NCBI GenBank assembly: GCA_013239625.1
Contig: MU053994.1
Span: 1,429,775 to 1,493,774, forward strand
Length of the DNA: 64,000 nt
DNA from: Lama guanicoe
Lineage: Eukaryota
Reading direction: 5' to 3'
The notes beneath the pieces were generated by a model. That model searched no databases. It saw only the letters and a list, made by a program, of their open reading frames with translations, and had not been told where the DNA came from. The position numbers and the translations under genes were made by a program. Positions 12,921-25,312 of this stretch are shown piece after piece; the stretch's first letter is position 1, and every line of letters begins with the position of its first letter.

Positions 12921-14054
12921 GTTAAAATATCCCCAGGGTCTGCTTCGGCCATAGCCTGTAGAAGACAGAAGTTTTAGCTTCTTACTGAGTATTTGAGTAT
13001 GGACATCGAAAAGTTCCTGAGTATTTACAAGAGCAGATTGGATGTCATTGATGGTGCAGGAGCTTCTAAAAGAAATCATTGGTTTGACACCTGCTGTTAC
13101 TGCCTCCTCCTAGAACTGAGTACCAGAAATGCCAAAAGTGTGAGGTTCTGCACAGATTGACTCTTTGCAAGGTGTTGGAAACAGGTACTGAATTGGAAAC
13201 CGAGAGCTTTATACTTGGATTGATTCACAGGTTTCAGCTTTTCAACTTCCCAAGCACTGCTGCTGCTGCTAGTTTCTGAAATATCTCCTGAACCACCAGC
13301 GCAGCTCTTGCAGGTGTGTGCACACGCTCACACAGGCACACACGTGCTCCCCTGCACCAGGTGCTGCTCCGACATAGCCCATTCCCCATCCCAGCTTAAG
13401 TCTGAGGTGCTCAGATGACTGTTCAAAGAGGCTTTTGCCAGGACAGAATTTCCCAAGCTCCCTGGTTCCCGAGGGAATGAGGTGTGTCTGATGGTGTCCA
13501 CAGTTCCCTCCCACATCTGTCAGCACAGTAATATATGGCAGATAATAGGATTTCACTGCATTGTGGTGGTTTAAACAGGCATGACAAGATGGTGATTTCA
13601 AACCTGTGTAAGTTGTAGACACCTAAGCGATTGTGGCTTCTCCTCCATCTTGCTGGAAGACAAGGTTAAGCAGCTTGGTGATTCTTCAGGTTGACACCTG
13701 ACCCTCAGCCCCTCCTTCCCCTCCACGGAGCGAAATTGGTCTTGTACCCTCTTCTGGACCCCCTCTCTTTCCACCATGGCGCTGCGTCTGCAGGAATCCA
13801 TCCCCCAAAGGCTACCAAGTTCTGTGAAGGAAGTTGTCTGCTGGTTAACACAGAATGGTTATTTGAGTTGCTTTGTTTCTTGTGTGTCTGTGTTAAATTT
13901 GAGTTGCAGACACTCTTGTCGGATTAGAACCTGAGGAAAATGAGAGCCCTTTTCCAGAGAAATACACCTAGGCTCCCAACTGCGTACTGTTTTATGGGTC
14001 CCAGAGACTCCAGAAAGCACAGGGCAAGAACACCACGTCTGCTGTGTCAGTGAC

Positions 14055-14660
14055 TTATTTTTTTAAGTCAACTTTGCAAATGTGTAATTCACGTGCAAAA
14101 TGCACCCATTTTGAGTGTACAGTTTGATGAGTTTGACAAATGCATGCACCTATGTAAACACTACCCCATTAAGATAAAGAGAATTTTCATCTCCCTGGAA
14201 AATTTCCTGTGCTCTTTTCCAATCAAAACATCCTCCAACCAAGTTAACCACTATTCTGACCTCTATCACTATAGATGTGTTTTGTCTGTTCCAGAACTTC
14301 ATGTAAATGGAATCACACAGTGTGTGTTTTATATCTGGCTCCTTTCACTCACCATGTGTTTGAGATTCGTGTTGTTGCATATATCTATAGTTTATTCCTT
14401 TTCATTGTTGCAAAATATATATATATATATATATGACACACTGATTTATCTGTTCACCTGTTGATGGTCATTTGGGTTATTTCCAGGTCTGAGGTGTTGC
14501 AAATAAAGCTGCTCTGAACATGCATGGACAAGTTTCTGGATATATGATTTCTTTTCTCTTGAGTAAATAGCCAGGAATGGAATAATAGGCATATATTTAA
14601 CTCTTTAAGAAACTGTTCCAACTTTTCCAAAGGTTTTTTTTTTAACCATTTTGCATTCCC
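14055..14660 (-). mobile_element. L1ME/L1MB-type 3' end with internal (AT)n
   Basis: 'aaaatgcacccattttgagtgtacagtttgatgagtttgacaaatgcat...gaacttcatgtaaatggaatcacacagt...gttgatggtcatttgggttatttccag'. Confidence 0.88.
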
Positions 14661-14679
14661 AGGGGAGAAGAGTTGCTTT

Positions 14680-14900
14680 TTGCATGTGGAAAGAAGATTC
14701 CAGGGACAAGGCAGCGTTGTCAAGGCAGTGTAGTCACAAAGGAGACCTCAGTGAACCCCCGGGGAGCAGTGGATCTGGGGCAGCCCTGCAGAGTCGTTCT
14801 GAAGAATTGAGGCAAGATGGTGAGTCTTTATGCCTCTGCAGGAGCCTGTCATTGAATATGGAAGGGGACATGACTTTGATGGCAGTTTCTGGAGGGCATT
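14680..14900 (-). mobile_element. ERVL LTR16-like fragment
   Basis: 'ggggagcagtggatctggggcagccctgcagagtcgttctg...gtcattgaatatgg' resembles the other LTR16-like copies in this window. Confidence 0.5.
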
Positions 14901-15034
14901 AAATGTTATACCCCTTAAATATATACAATTTTCATTTAAAAATTTATATGTGAACTCTCTGCTGCCTATACTCCCAGCAGCTGGGGGAATGAGTGCCTCA
15001 GTCATGAAGGATCACCTGGGCAGCACACCACAAC

Positions 15035-15172
15035 ATCCATTACACCTCTCCATGCCTCAGTTTCCTCACCTATAAAATGGGGATACTGATAGGGTCTACC
15101 TCATTGGATTAAAATGAGGATTAAAAGACTTAATATACACAAAGTCCTTTAAACAGTGGCTGGCGCATATTA
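15035..15172 (+). mobile_element. MIR SINE
   Basis: 'tgcctcagtttcctcacctataaaatggggata...aaagtcctttaaacagtggctggcgcata'. Confidence 0.88.
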
Positions 15173-17599
15173 TTCCTGGTCCTAGTATTTTAGAAAACAT
15201 TTGATAAATCCTTCATAATCAAATAAATAGATAGATGAAGGAGCTCCCTCAACTCTATCCAGAATAAAAGACAAATGTCGTGTTTGCCCATTTGAGGGAA
15301 AAAACCCACTAAACAGGTGACAAAACATTTGGCTGGAAAGCAGAGACTTCAGCAGATTTGAAACCTTGGGACTCGTGCTCAAGAAATTGAAATCTCCCTT
15401 TCAAAACCCTAGCTGAACCTGAGGGTCTGGCATTCCCCGAGCAGGCATTGCCAAGGTCCTTTACCCTCAGTGTGCTGAGCTGTAGTATGGGGATCTGACA
15501 GCTGAAGACAGCTTGGCAGGGTGCAGGAAGGCAGACATTTAATGTGCTTTGACAATACAAAGGGTTATATAAACGACCCAGTTTCTGTAATTTTGCTGTA
15601 ACTGTCATGGGAATTGCTATAGACAGATACGGAGAAGGCCCTGTTTATGCACTTAAACTTTAAAAGCTTTAACCACTAAACACACAGTCTTTTTCTCTTC
15701 CCCTCCCCTTCTCACAATCCTGCGTTTCAATTGTATTGGAGCTAGGGTACCCGGAGAGGGGATGGCAGTTGAAATAATGGGTTGCCTTCATCTGCCCAGA
15801 TCCCGGACCAGAGCCCCACTTTCTGACTCCTGGGCCACTTGCCTGCTCCTGGCTAGCCTCCTTGGGGAGACCACCTTACCTGCTCCCAGCAACAAGATGC
15901 AGAGAGAAGGGGGAGGGGTGGCAGGAAGCGATATGCACTCGCTCTGAGCTCACGGCTTTTGCCCAGTTTGAATCTGGTTCCCGTCCCAGTGTTCAAAGCA
16001 CGTTGCCGTTTGACTCTTGCCATCTCATCTTAGAAGACTTTTCCCAAGGTGGGGGTGGGGATAGTTCTAAAGCCAGAGATGCAGGAGGCGGAGGGTTTAT
16101 ACAGGCAGATACCACAGGCTTCCAAGCTAAGTGCCTCAGCGGGGAAAGCTCCTGGCTGCTGCTGACATTTCTCAGACAGGAGATCAATAAGTGGGCAGAA
16201 CTTGAAAAGCAAATCGGGCTTCCACCTGCCCTAGGGAACCCTCAGCAACTGTCATGGCAAAGGAGGCATCCCAGAGGAGGCCGGGAGAGACAGGGGGACT
16301 CAGATCGCCTTGATAAAGGTGAGATGGGGGCCAGGGAAACCAGGACTAGCCAAGGAGATGAAAGGAGAAATGCTGTGATCCCCCCGCCCCACCCTTCCTT
16401 CACAGTTCTTGCTGAGTATGTTAAGAACCCTGACTTCTGCCTCCCAGGTAAAACCAGACACTTGGAGATGGGTTGGCAGCTGATGTGGCTTTTCCAGCCC
16501 AAATGAGCCTGGCCCGAGCATGGAAAACGGCCCCAGCTGATAGACCCTGTATCTGTGGTTGGGTCCCTCCAAATTCTCTGCCGCATTAGCACTCACGAAG
16601 ATTTCTCTATGCTCCACTCAGGTCTGCAAAGGAATTTTCTATAGCAGACTAGAGTTTTCTTATAAGCCCAACATGCCTTTGCATGCGTGTGTGTGTGCAT
16701 GTGTGTGTCCGTGGGAGAGCACATGCACACATGTGGAAGTGGGCTACAGAACCAGAAGTGAGTATTAAACTTGGCTCCCATCTGGTAAGCCTGGTCCACT
16801 CCAATCAGTTAAACAATCTCTTTAGGAAATTCAGTCTCCTTTGCTTTGAATAGTTATTCTTTCCATTTTGCTCTCCCTCTCTTGATCCTCTCCAAGATGG
16901 CACCTGGGTATGGGGAGGGTGTATGCCACATCCTTATGGTTATGGGGGTCGGGATCCATTCAGTGCCACTGCCACTCTCTGGATCTTTCATGTCTCCACA
17001 GCAATAGACTTTCACAAGGCTGACAACGATAATTAGTGATCATACAGTATCCTTTCCCAGGGCCTTGTGATCCTCCCTGCCGACCCGGGCCCTCCTCAGC
17101 CCTGGCTGCTACTGAAGACCCCCTGAGGCATGTTTAGTCTCTGGTTCAGGTAACCCAGCCACGACTCTTGACTCTAGGATCTTTTTCACTCCACGGTGAA
17201 CTCTTTGGCAAGTGTCTTACCAAAATCTGTGTCCTCCTAGAGGCCTGTAGGCATCTCTGGGATCTCTTGCATGCCAAATATTGCCCAGGATGACTCAGCA
17301 GTGCTAACTCAGACTTGCTCTTGGCTTAACCACTACCTGCCCTAGGTGACTGCAGGGATACCATGCTAGGTTGGCTCCTCCCGGAGTCCCAGACAGAGTG
17401 GATGACTTCTGTTCTTAGCTTTTGCCTTCACTCCCATCAGACAATTCTCCACTCTGAAACTTTTGTCCAGAGAGGGCCAGAAGGAGCCAATTTTCCTCTC
17501 TGTCTGGGACTCCACCCCACGTCACATTCTTTGTCTTCCTGACCCACACTTCCGCATGGTTTAGCCATAATGGCAAAGGCTGGACAGAGAAATGGCTTC

Positions 17600-18040
17600 C
17601 TTCTTAGCCTGGGTCCTCTTTAAAGGAGAGCACAACACAAGGTCCTGGTTGTAGGTAGTTTATTTAAGAGGTGATCCCAGCAACTAGGAGTGACTAAAAG
17701 GAGAAAGTGATTTAGGGAAAAAAGAAACAAGAATATAACAGAGGGCAGCAGGAGCTGGTTTCACAGGAAGTGTAGAGAATGCCTTGCAGAATTGTCCACT
17801 GGAAGGACAGGAGGCTGAGACATTTAGCCACTAGCTGCCATCTGACCCTGGTTGAGGATTGCCCCGGGAATGCTAACTCCATCCGACTTATGCAGTGTAA
17901 ACACACACACGTAGACCAGGCAAACTGCCGCATGGGTGAAGGCCCAGGGGCAGAAAGAAGATGAATACTCTCAGTTTAAAGTGTATCTACCCACTGCAGC
18001 TGTGGCTGAAATTGGATGTGGGCCAAGGGGATGATGAGGG
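17600..18040 (-). mobile_element. ERVL LTR16-like LTR
   Basis: 'tcttagcctgggtcc...gtaggtagtttatttaagaggtgatcccag' matches the LTR16-family terminus. Confidence 0.65.
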
Positions 18041-18530
18041 TCAAATGAGGGGAAATTTTTTAGAACATATTACTTATTATAGTAACCTTAAAGATCTTCC
18101 CATCTAATCTCCTTGTTTTAAAGGGGGAAAACCAAGGGCCTAAGAAGTTGTGGTGTACCCAAGGTCAAAATAGTTGAATGCTGAGCCAAAAGTAGAACTT
18201 GGGTGCCAGAGACCCATGTAGAGCTCTTTGTGATGTATCACACAGATCCATTTAACCAATGATGATATATTTATTGACTGCATGTGGTGTTCATAGCATT
18301 GCAAAGTGTAAGACAAAATTCCTCTTTTCAAGAAATTTGTAACCTAGGTGATGAGGGAAGTTTGGTCTTTGGTCATCATATGTGCTTGTTAGAAAGGAGA
18401 CTGGCTCATGTACCCTATTCAATCCAACAGAGCTCCAGAAACATAAGAAGAGACAAAAGGGGCCCCAAAAGTACAGCGTACCTGTGGTAAATATGCATTC
18501 AGCAAACTTTGAGTATTAATTTAGCTAAGG

Positions 18531-19091
18531 TGTGGAACCTCAAGAAAGCCTCCCACAATCCCCGCCTTTTGACATTTATGCCTTTGTGAAATCCTCTCTA
18601 CCTTGAGTGTGAGCCAGACCTAGTGACTCACTTCTAACAGACAGAATACGGCAGAAGTGATGGGATGTCACTTCCAAGATTAGGTTATGTAAAGACTGGC
18701 TCCCTTTCTGGGTGCTTTCTCTCACTCACTCTTGTGTTACTTGCTCTAGGAGTAGCCAGTGTAGGAGCAGTCATGTCGTAAGGCAACCCTGTAAAGAGAC
18801 CCATGTGTGTAAGCTTGGAAGCAGATCTTCTGAGACCTGCCAGCAGCCACGTAGGCGGCCTTGGGAGCAGAGCCTCCCTCCCTTAGTCGAGCCTTGAGAT
18901 GGAATTGCAACCCCAGCAATACTTTGATTGCAGCCTTGTGAGGGGTGCTGAGCCAGAGGACCCAGCTAAGTCACGTCCAGATTCTTGACCCTCAGAGACT
19001 GTGAGATCAATGTGGGTTTTTTGTTTTGTTTTGTTTTTTCAGCCACTGTGTTCTGGAGTAATTTGTTACACAGCAATAGCTAACTGATACA
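18531..19091 (+). mobile_element. MaLR MLT1F-like solo LTR, full length
   Basis: TGTGG...ATACA ends; 4/5 TSD taagg/gaagg; 'gacctagtgactcacttctaacagacagaatacggcagaagtgatgggatgtcacttccaagattaggtta'. Confidence 0.9.
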
Positions 19092-19139
19092 GAAGGTATG
19101 GCATTAGAAGTTGGCAGTGAAAGTATGAGTAGTATATGG

Positions 19140-19270
19140 ACTTAGGAGCAAGTAACAGATATCTGTTCAAACTATCTTAAGAGAAAGGAGCACTTATTGG
19201 AAGGAGTTGTGGTTATCTCCCAGAACCCAAGGGCAGGAAGTGCAACAAGACTCATGAGGAATGGAACCAG
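19140..19270 (-). mobile_element. Ancient MaLR (MLT1K/L-like) fragment
   Basis: 'gcaagtaacagata...ttcaaactatcttaagagaaaggagcacttattggaagga'. Confidence 0.5.
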
Positions 19271-19779
19271 AACTTAAAATCCATTGGGAAATGGGTAGTG
19301 AGCCCCTTTTTCCTGACTCTCTCTATGAGGCCCTTAAATCTGTCTGTCTCACCAACTGGCATTTTCTGTTTCTTCTTGTACATGGGAAAAATTGGACATA
19401 CCTGGAGGGCCTTCCATGTTCTCTCCATGTAGGCACAATAGATACTTACTTGAATTCCCAGTTCTTATAAGAGAATTATCAAATAGTACATCTTAGATCA
19501 GCTGTCTATTTTTGGTACCCCCTACAGAGGCTAGCAGATGGGATTATGGGGCTGGGTCCCGCTCAGAAGGGACTTTGAGAAAGTCTTGGAAATGCAGATG
19601 AAGTAACCAACAAATTACTTGAACTGCCTTCAAGAAGCTTGCAATTGGTATGAGTGGGCTGAGGAGAAAGGAATCGGAACTGTGGAGCCTTTTACTGGCA
19701 CAGCCTTAATTGGAGGACCAGGAGTCTAGTAAGAGAACCATGTTCCAGGCTCTAGGCAGGTGTCTTCTCAAGAGCCAGC

Positions 19780-19860
19780 ACTCTTCACTGGGCTTCAGTT
19801 TCCTCATCTATACGATGAGCATGTTGACCCCAGGTGATCTCTAATGGCCCTGCCAGCTTG
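19780..19860 (+). mobile_element. MIR/MIR3 fragment
   Basis: 'ctgggcttcagtttcctcatctata...gatctctaatggccctgccagct'. Confidence 0.75.
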
Positions 19861-20779
19861 GAAGAGAAAGAGAAAGCAGAGTTGACATCGCCAGACATCC
19901 TCATGGAATTGTGGTGCCTGGCATGGGATGACCAGATTGCTTAGGTCTCTGGCATGTGCCAAAGTTGCTCAGCACAGGGAGAGGGCAAGGTGAGGTCAAC
20001 AACTGAGGTCAGTGGCCTTAAGAGCAATCAAACTACAGTGTTTCAGCTTTTAGAACAAAAGCTGTGTTTAAGGGAAAGACACAGATACACAGAATTTTAC
20101 AAGCAACTCCGTGGCCGTGAGCCTTGTGTGATCAAAGACTACCTGAAGAATTGACAAAGCGGAACATTTTAAAAATAGAAAACCCATTTTACCCCCAAGG
20201 TTATGCTGTCTTTTTGCAGAGGTTTCTTGGGATGACCACAGTTGCTCTTCAGCTGATAGCTAGGTCACACCCACAGGTAGTGTTGGTCTCGTGCACCCAC
20301 CCTCCCACTTTTCCATCCTTAACCCACACACAGAGACACACACACACACACCCCACACACATTCTCCCGAGTCTTGGTCTCAGTCATTCCTCTCCATGCT
20401 TTCTCCCAGCCACTCAGAGCTCAGCATGCGCCTGACCTCATCATATCCGGAGAGCAGCACCCATCAGCCTGCTCCCTGCCTTGTGTCACTGCATGTCCCT
20501 GCCTCGTTTCAGTGTTAGTAGAGATTTGGGGGTTTGCTTTATTAATCTCAGTGTAGAAACGCCCTCCTATCCTTCACATTGCCATTAGCTGGAAGGAGGA
20601 ATGGGTGGAAATAATTACCACTGTGCAGTTCAGGCCTCAAATAGAAGCTGAAACTCAGGTCTGGAATCTGATAAGAAGGTGCATTTCTAGGAAACAGGAC
20701 TTGCGCAGGGAATACCAATTTAATGTGACAGATGTGCTTCTCCTTTCCTGTTTTCCCCCTTTCACAAAGCAAAGCAGTG

Positions 20780-21040
20780 TGTGCTAAGGGGCTGCGAACC
20801 TGGCCCCTTTGTGAGAGCGGGAAGCCACCTCCCTTACCAGTGAAGATTGATTAGTTAATGCCTGTTAAATGCTTTGAAATGAAATATCTTCTGTACCCAA
20901 ATAGTCCGTCTGATCATGGCCCTAGGTCTGATATCACGGGCGGGAAATGTAGTTCCTGGCGGACATCACGGCTGTCAAAGTGGGCCTTTCTTTGTGGGCC
21001 CTCTGATTGCTGCTTCCTTGCTAATCAAAGGAGGACACGT
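20780..21040. promoter_or_regulatory. Candidate conserved enhancer with ACTAYRNNNCCCR (ZNF143/THAP11-type), TCF/LEF, SOX and MEIS-type motifs
   Basis: Repeat-free with retained CpGs; ACTACATTTCCCG on the minus strand at 20941-20953; ATCAAAG 21024-21030; CCTTTGT 20806-20812; CTGTCA 20972-20977. Confidence 0.45.
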
Positions 21041-21877
21041 GGGAAAAGGGAAATGGCGCTAGAGCCTTGCCCGATGGTGAGGGATGGGAAGGGAGGGGAC
21101 AGAGAGAGAGACAGAGAATCAGGGGCAAGACTCAGAGAAGAGGGAGGCAGGAGGTGGGGTGGGGAGGAGAGGAAGGGAGGGAGAGAGGCCGGGGAAGGAG
21201 GGAGAATTCCAGTTATTCTCAGGATCGGAGAGTTGTAGCCGACCCTTATATTTCTGTGAAACCTGCTGAAAACAAGTGCAGTCTTGGAAAAGATAAGGTT
21301 TACTCTTAAAAATAAAAGCTGCTTTTCCAAGTTAAGATGTCAGGGATTGTTTTACTTGGCTTTGCTTTATCGGTTTACTTATTTGGTTAGGAGATTGCTT
21401 GGTTGGCTGCATTTTGTTGTTTGAGTTTAAAATTCAACAAAATAGGATGTTGTCGTATTTTGCCATGGTGGCTTTTTCTTTTGGCCTGAAATGTGGCCTG
21501 ATTACTGGCCTCAGCTGTGGGAGGGTGCAGGCCTTCCCTCATGTTAATGGAAAGTCCAGCCTGTCTGGACACCCTTGGACTCTCCGTCTTGGAAAGATGT
21601 GTGCTTGGCGGTCACTCCAGCTGCCCTCTGGTTGCAGGCAGCTGAGACTTGCTCTTCCCCATTGGTCATGCTGAGCCTGCTGAGTTGGATTCCATTCTTG
21701 ATCTGTGTGGGAGAGGACACAAGGCAACTTGGGGATAGCAAAGATAACAGGTAATGACAAGAAAGGTTTCTTGTCAGGGAAAATCTGACAAAGAGGAGGT
21801 GTGAGTCTGTCAGTTATCCACCCTGGAGGCTGTCAATGCCAAGGCCAGCAGATGCTCACCCAGAATGAGCTGCAAGA

Positions 21878-22450
21878 TCATTCATTCATTCATTCATTTA
21901 TCCTTTTTCTCTCTCTTTCTCTTTCTTCATTCATTCATTCTCCATTTCTTTTATTATATGTTCATCCATTCACTCTGCATTCATTAATTAAAATATCTAT
22001 TCATTCTGCATTTATTATACATCTATTCTTTCAACAAACATGTATTGAGTATCTTCTGTGTACATACTATTCTAGGTTCTAGACTTACATTGATCTGAAA
22101 CTAACACAATATTGTAAATCAATTCAAAAAAGATTTTTAAAAAGATACATAAGACAATGACGCTCACTTAAAGGAATCAAATATATACCCAAACAACCAT
22201 AATATGGATGAAGCATAATACTTGTCCTAATAGAGGTACCAATGCAGTTCTCCCGGAGCTCAAACAGGAAGGGCTGCATCCAGCTGGAGGGAGTGCAGAG
22301 ACTTTGTAGAGGAGATGGCATTTGAGCTGAGCCTAGAGAGATGGAAGGAATTTTCCCACATGGCTGTAGGGGATTGGCAAGAAATACAACTGGCAGCAGT
22401 TCAAGGAAGGCCATGGAGGCAAGATGTTGGATGAACACCAGGAAGGGCAG
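21878..22450 (-). mobile_element. L2 3' end with expanded (TTCA)n tail, interrupted by a ~55-bp L1 tail at ~22090-22145
   Basis: 'tcattcattcattcattc...ttcaacaaacatgtattgagtatct'; 'ggagatggcatttgagctgagcct'; insert 'ctgaaactaacacaatattgtaaatcaa'. Confidence 0.75.
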
Positions 22451-22844
22451 GCAACTCAGAATGCCTGGAGCCCTGGGCAGAGAGAGCAGGGTCAGGAGAC
22501 GGGGCAGAAGGCTGGAGAGCCCCAGGAGACTGCACTACTTTGCTCTCCAACATGGCCCACCACACCCAGTGCTGGGATGGAGGGTGGGTCTCCTGTCTCC
22601 TGGAGTCTTTTCCCATCAGTCATTCAGCCTAGATGAATTTGTCACATTCGCTATTTTTTAATCAAAGAATCATGTATCCTAGTCCAAGCTTGTACAGTAA
22701 AATGATTAAGAGCGCTGGGTCTGGGTTTTATATTTCACAGACTAATATAATGGTTTAAAAATCAAGGGGACTGCCATAATGATGTCAACTTTTAATTTTG
22801 GCAAGAAAGAATATACTCGAAATTTGCCAATTTGCTATCACCAT

Positions 22845-23070
22845 CTGTGGTGAAGACTGCTAATTGCCTACCAAGTATCCATTTTCCTCTTCTCCCTGAT
22901 AAACAGAATACTATTCTGTTTGGGACAGCAATATGGCCAAATCAAAACCACATTTTCCAGCCTATGCTGGTCACTGGCTAGAGCATCTGGGGCAGCTCTT
23001 AAAGGGGGCTGACTGGTCAGCATGTATTTTTCCCCTTCCTCTCTGGTTCTGTCTTCCAGGCTAAAATCCC
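22845..23070 (+). mobile_element. MaLR MLT1J-like fragment
   Basis: 'tgtggtgaagactgctaattgcctacc...atccattttcctcttctccct...aacagaa...acattttccagcct'. Confidence 0.6.
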
Positions 23071-23534
23071 GGCCTTTGGGAGACCACATGCACAGGCATC
23101 AGGTTGCATACGGGGCTCACTCCAAGGAACTTGCAGCTTTCCATAGGAAGCAAAAAGCAGCACGTCCGCTCCGTGCTTAGAACCCTCCAAATCTCTCTTG
23201 GTGTTTCTAGTTCCTTCCATTGCTGCTCTCCCCATGTTTGACCCTTGTAAGTGTGTGAGGGGAGTGAGCATGTTAGTATCTGACCTCCGGCCCTTTTCTC
23301 TCTTTCTGAGACTCCAACTTCCATCACCACATGGGCTTTCATTTGCTCTTCTTGTCTGGTAGTAACTGCCCTTGAATGATGGCCTTTTCATTTCATAGAT
23401 GGCACTGTGCCTTTTGTTATCAGTGAATGTTCAGCCAAGACAGCATATAAAGCGCTCTAGGTATTTCAAGACAGAGGAAGCTTGATACATAGAATTGGTT
23501 ACCAAAGTGTTGAATGGGCGAGGGGAGGAGAAGT

Positions 23535-23922
23535 CTGGTGGGCACCATGATGTTCCACCCACAACTTCCTGAAGGAAGGTCTTGTCCCAGCTGCTGAGAG
23601 TGTTGTGGGTGCTGGGGGCAAAAAGCTTCCAGCTGTCAGCTCCCTTCAGGGTGAGCCTCAGCTGCAGAGAGCACTCATCCAAGGCCACACCCTCCTGGGG
23701 TGCCATTTTGGCCACTGCCAGGTGCCTCAGATGGGCCATATATACTCTGGATGCCCCTGTGGGGCTGGCCAAGACTTGGTCAGACCAGCATCGCAGTTTG
23801 ACTTCTCCCTCTACCCGATCCTGCTGCCTCCTGCTCCCTCCCACAGATGTTGATCCTTAATAAATAGCCTGCATGCCAAACTCCACATCAGCATCACCTT
23901 CCAGACAACCCACCCTATGACG
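23535..23922 (+). mobile_element. ERVL LTR16A-like LTR
   Basis: 'cccagctgctgagagtg...aggccacaccctcctgggg...ttgatccttaataaatagcctgcatgccaaactcc...caacccaccctatgac'. Confidence 0.7.
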
Positions 23923-24150
23923 TGAGGTAAGCCAAGGATTAGTAACTCACTGCAGAAAGTCATGGACGCTACTCAGCTGGGTGACAGAGGGTAGGAGGCG
24001 CATCACCAGAGCCCGGAGGCCTGCTCATTGCTGACACAGCTGGAGTGTTTGGTGGAACAGAGCCACTGCTGAAGCTCCAGAAGCCTCTCTAGAATCACCA
24101 AAGTCACTAGAGCCTGGAGCTGCCCACCGCTGATAAAAATGCCTCCATAT

Positions 24151-24249
24151 AAAAAAAAAAAGGAAGGGAGGCAGGGAGGGAGGGAGGGAGGGAGGAAGGA
24201 AGGAAGGAAGGAGGGAAGGAAGGAAGGAAGGAAGGAAGAAAGGAAGAAA

Positions 24250-24302
<53 letters not shown>

Positions 24303-24303
24303 G
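24151..24303 (+). repeat. Compound polypurine microsatellite A12-(GGGA)n-(GGAA)n-(GAAA)n
   Basis: Direct reading; only one pyrimidine in ~150 nt. Confidence 0.97.
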
Positions 24304-24529
24304 AGTCTTCTATCTCCTTCTCACCTTCCCAGTTACTCAGCATTTCTTCCCTTTAGAAGAACCTGCCAGGAAGCCAGCTGGCAAAGGAGTCTGGGAAATT
24401 GGTTTTGCAGTGTTCCAACCCTGAGTGGCACAGGGCAGAGCTAAGAAGGGCAGAAATGGAGCTGAGAGAAAAAGAGGCAAATGACTGGTGATAAACCCCC
24501 ACCTCAAGAAGGAAAAAGGGGAGGGATGA

Positions 24530-24714
24530 GTTTCCAGATGAAGCCCCAGGTCTGGATGACATCTTGACTGTGGCCCCATGAAAGACTCTGAAGCAGAGGA
24601 CCAAGCAAGCCACACTCAGACTCAACCTCCAGACACTAGGAGATGAGAAACACACCTTGCTTTAAGTTGCTAATTTTGTGCTAATCTGCTACGAAGCAAT
24701 AGATGACTAATACA
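24530..24714 (+). mobile_element. MaLR MLT1 LTR 3' part
   Basis: Ends 'ctttaagttgctaattttgtgctaatctgctacgaagcaatagatgactaataca'. Confidence 0.8.
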
Positions 24715-24953
24715 GTGGGTACTTAACAACTTGGGGTGGGAGAAGCCCAGAAAAGCATCTTAGCACATGTTTGGAATAAAGAATAACGCTTCACTAGATA
24801 GCAAAGGGAGCGAGAATATTGCAGGTAGAGAGAATAGCAAATACAAGCTGCCTGGTATGTTCTGGGATCTACAAGCAGTTGAGTATTGCTAGATTGCAAA
24901 ATGTAGAGTACACCCAGGGCAAGAGATGAAGCCATGAAGTCAGGAAAGCTAGA

Positions 24954-25312
24954 CCGTGGTTCTCAGAGTGGAATTAGAATCAACCAAGAAGCTTTCAAAA
25001 TACTGATGCCTGGTTTCCACCTCCAGAGATTCTATTGTAATAACTGTGGGTTGCTGTGTGGACACAGGGATTTTTAAAAATTCTCCAGGTGACAGAGGAG
25101 GGACTAGAGTGAAACAGATGAGGCACTTGCCTTGGGTACAGAATCTAAGGGGACACCAAAAAAACACAGCCATCAAGATAAATCATATTTGAATGCAATA
25201 GTTTAAAAAATAAAAATTAATGCAAAAACTCCACAAACAAAATATAAAAATTTTAAATAAAGGCAGAATCCTCAGGTGTTCTAACGGGCAGCCAGCATTT
25301 CTGAGAACCACT
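24954..25312. mobile_element. MER5-like MITE split by a MER96B-like insertion
   Basis: Left 'ccgtggttctcagagt...gatttttaaaaattctccaggtga', right 'caggtgttctaa...ctgagaaccactg'. Confidence 0.78.
25093..25271 (+). mobile_element. MER96B-like hAT MITE, internally deleted
   Basis: 'gactagagtgaaacagatgaggcacttgccttgggtacagaatctaaggggacaccaaaaaa...aagataaatcatatttgaatgcaata'; 6/8 TSD ccaggtga/tcaggtgt. Confidence 0.78.

Larger units (their letters stand above)
23415..24475 (-). mobile_element. ERVL LTR33-like LTR, interrupted by an LTR16-like LTR and a purine microsatellite
   Basis: Left 'ctaggtatttcaagacagagg...agaattggttacc', right 'gaagccagctggcaaaggagtctgggaaat...ttttgcag'. Confidence 0.55.

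Noticed and set aside
12930..13260. Possible coding exon
   Set aside because: Short frames with no recognisable similarity and no convincing splice pair.
15862..16506. Longest ORF (214 aa) as a real gene
   Set aside because: Non-ATG start, no recognisable domain, overlapped by similar-sized ORFs in other frames, no clear splice or promoter context; consistent with chance in GC-richer DNA.
24107..24444. K/E/R-rich and S/F/L-rich ORFs
   Set aside because: Translations of the purine microsatellite.
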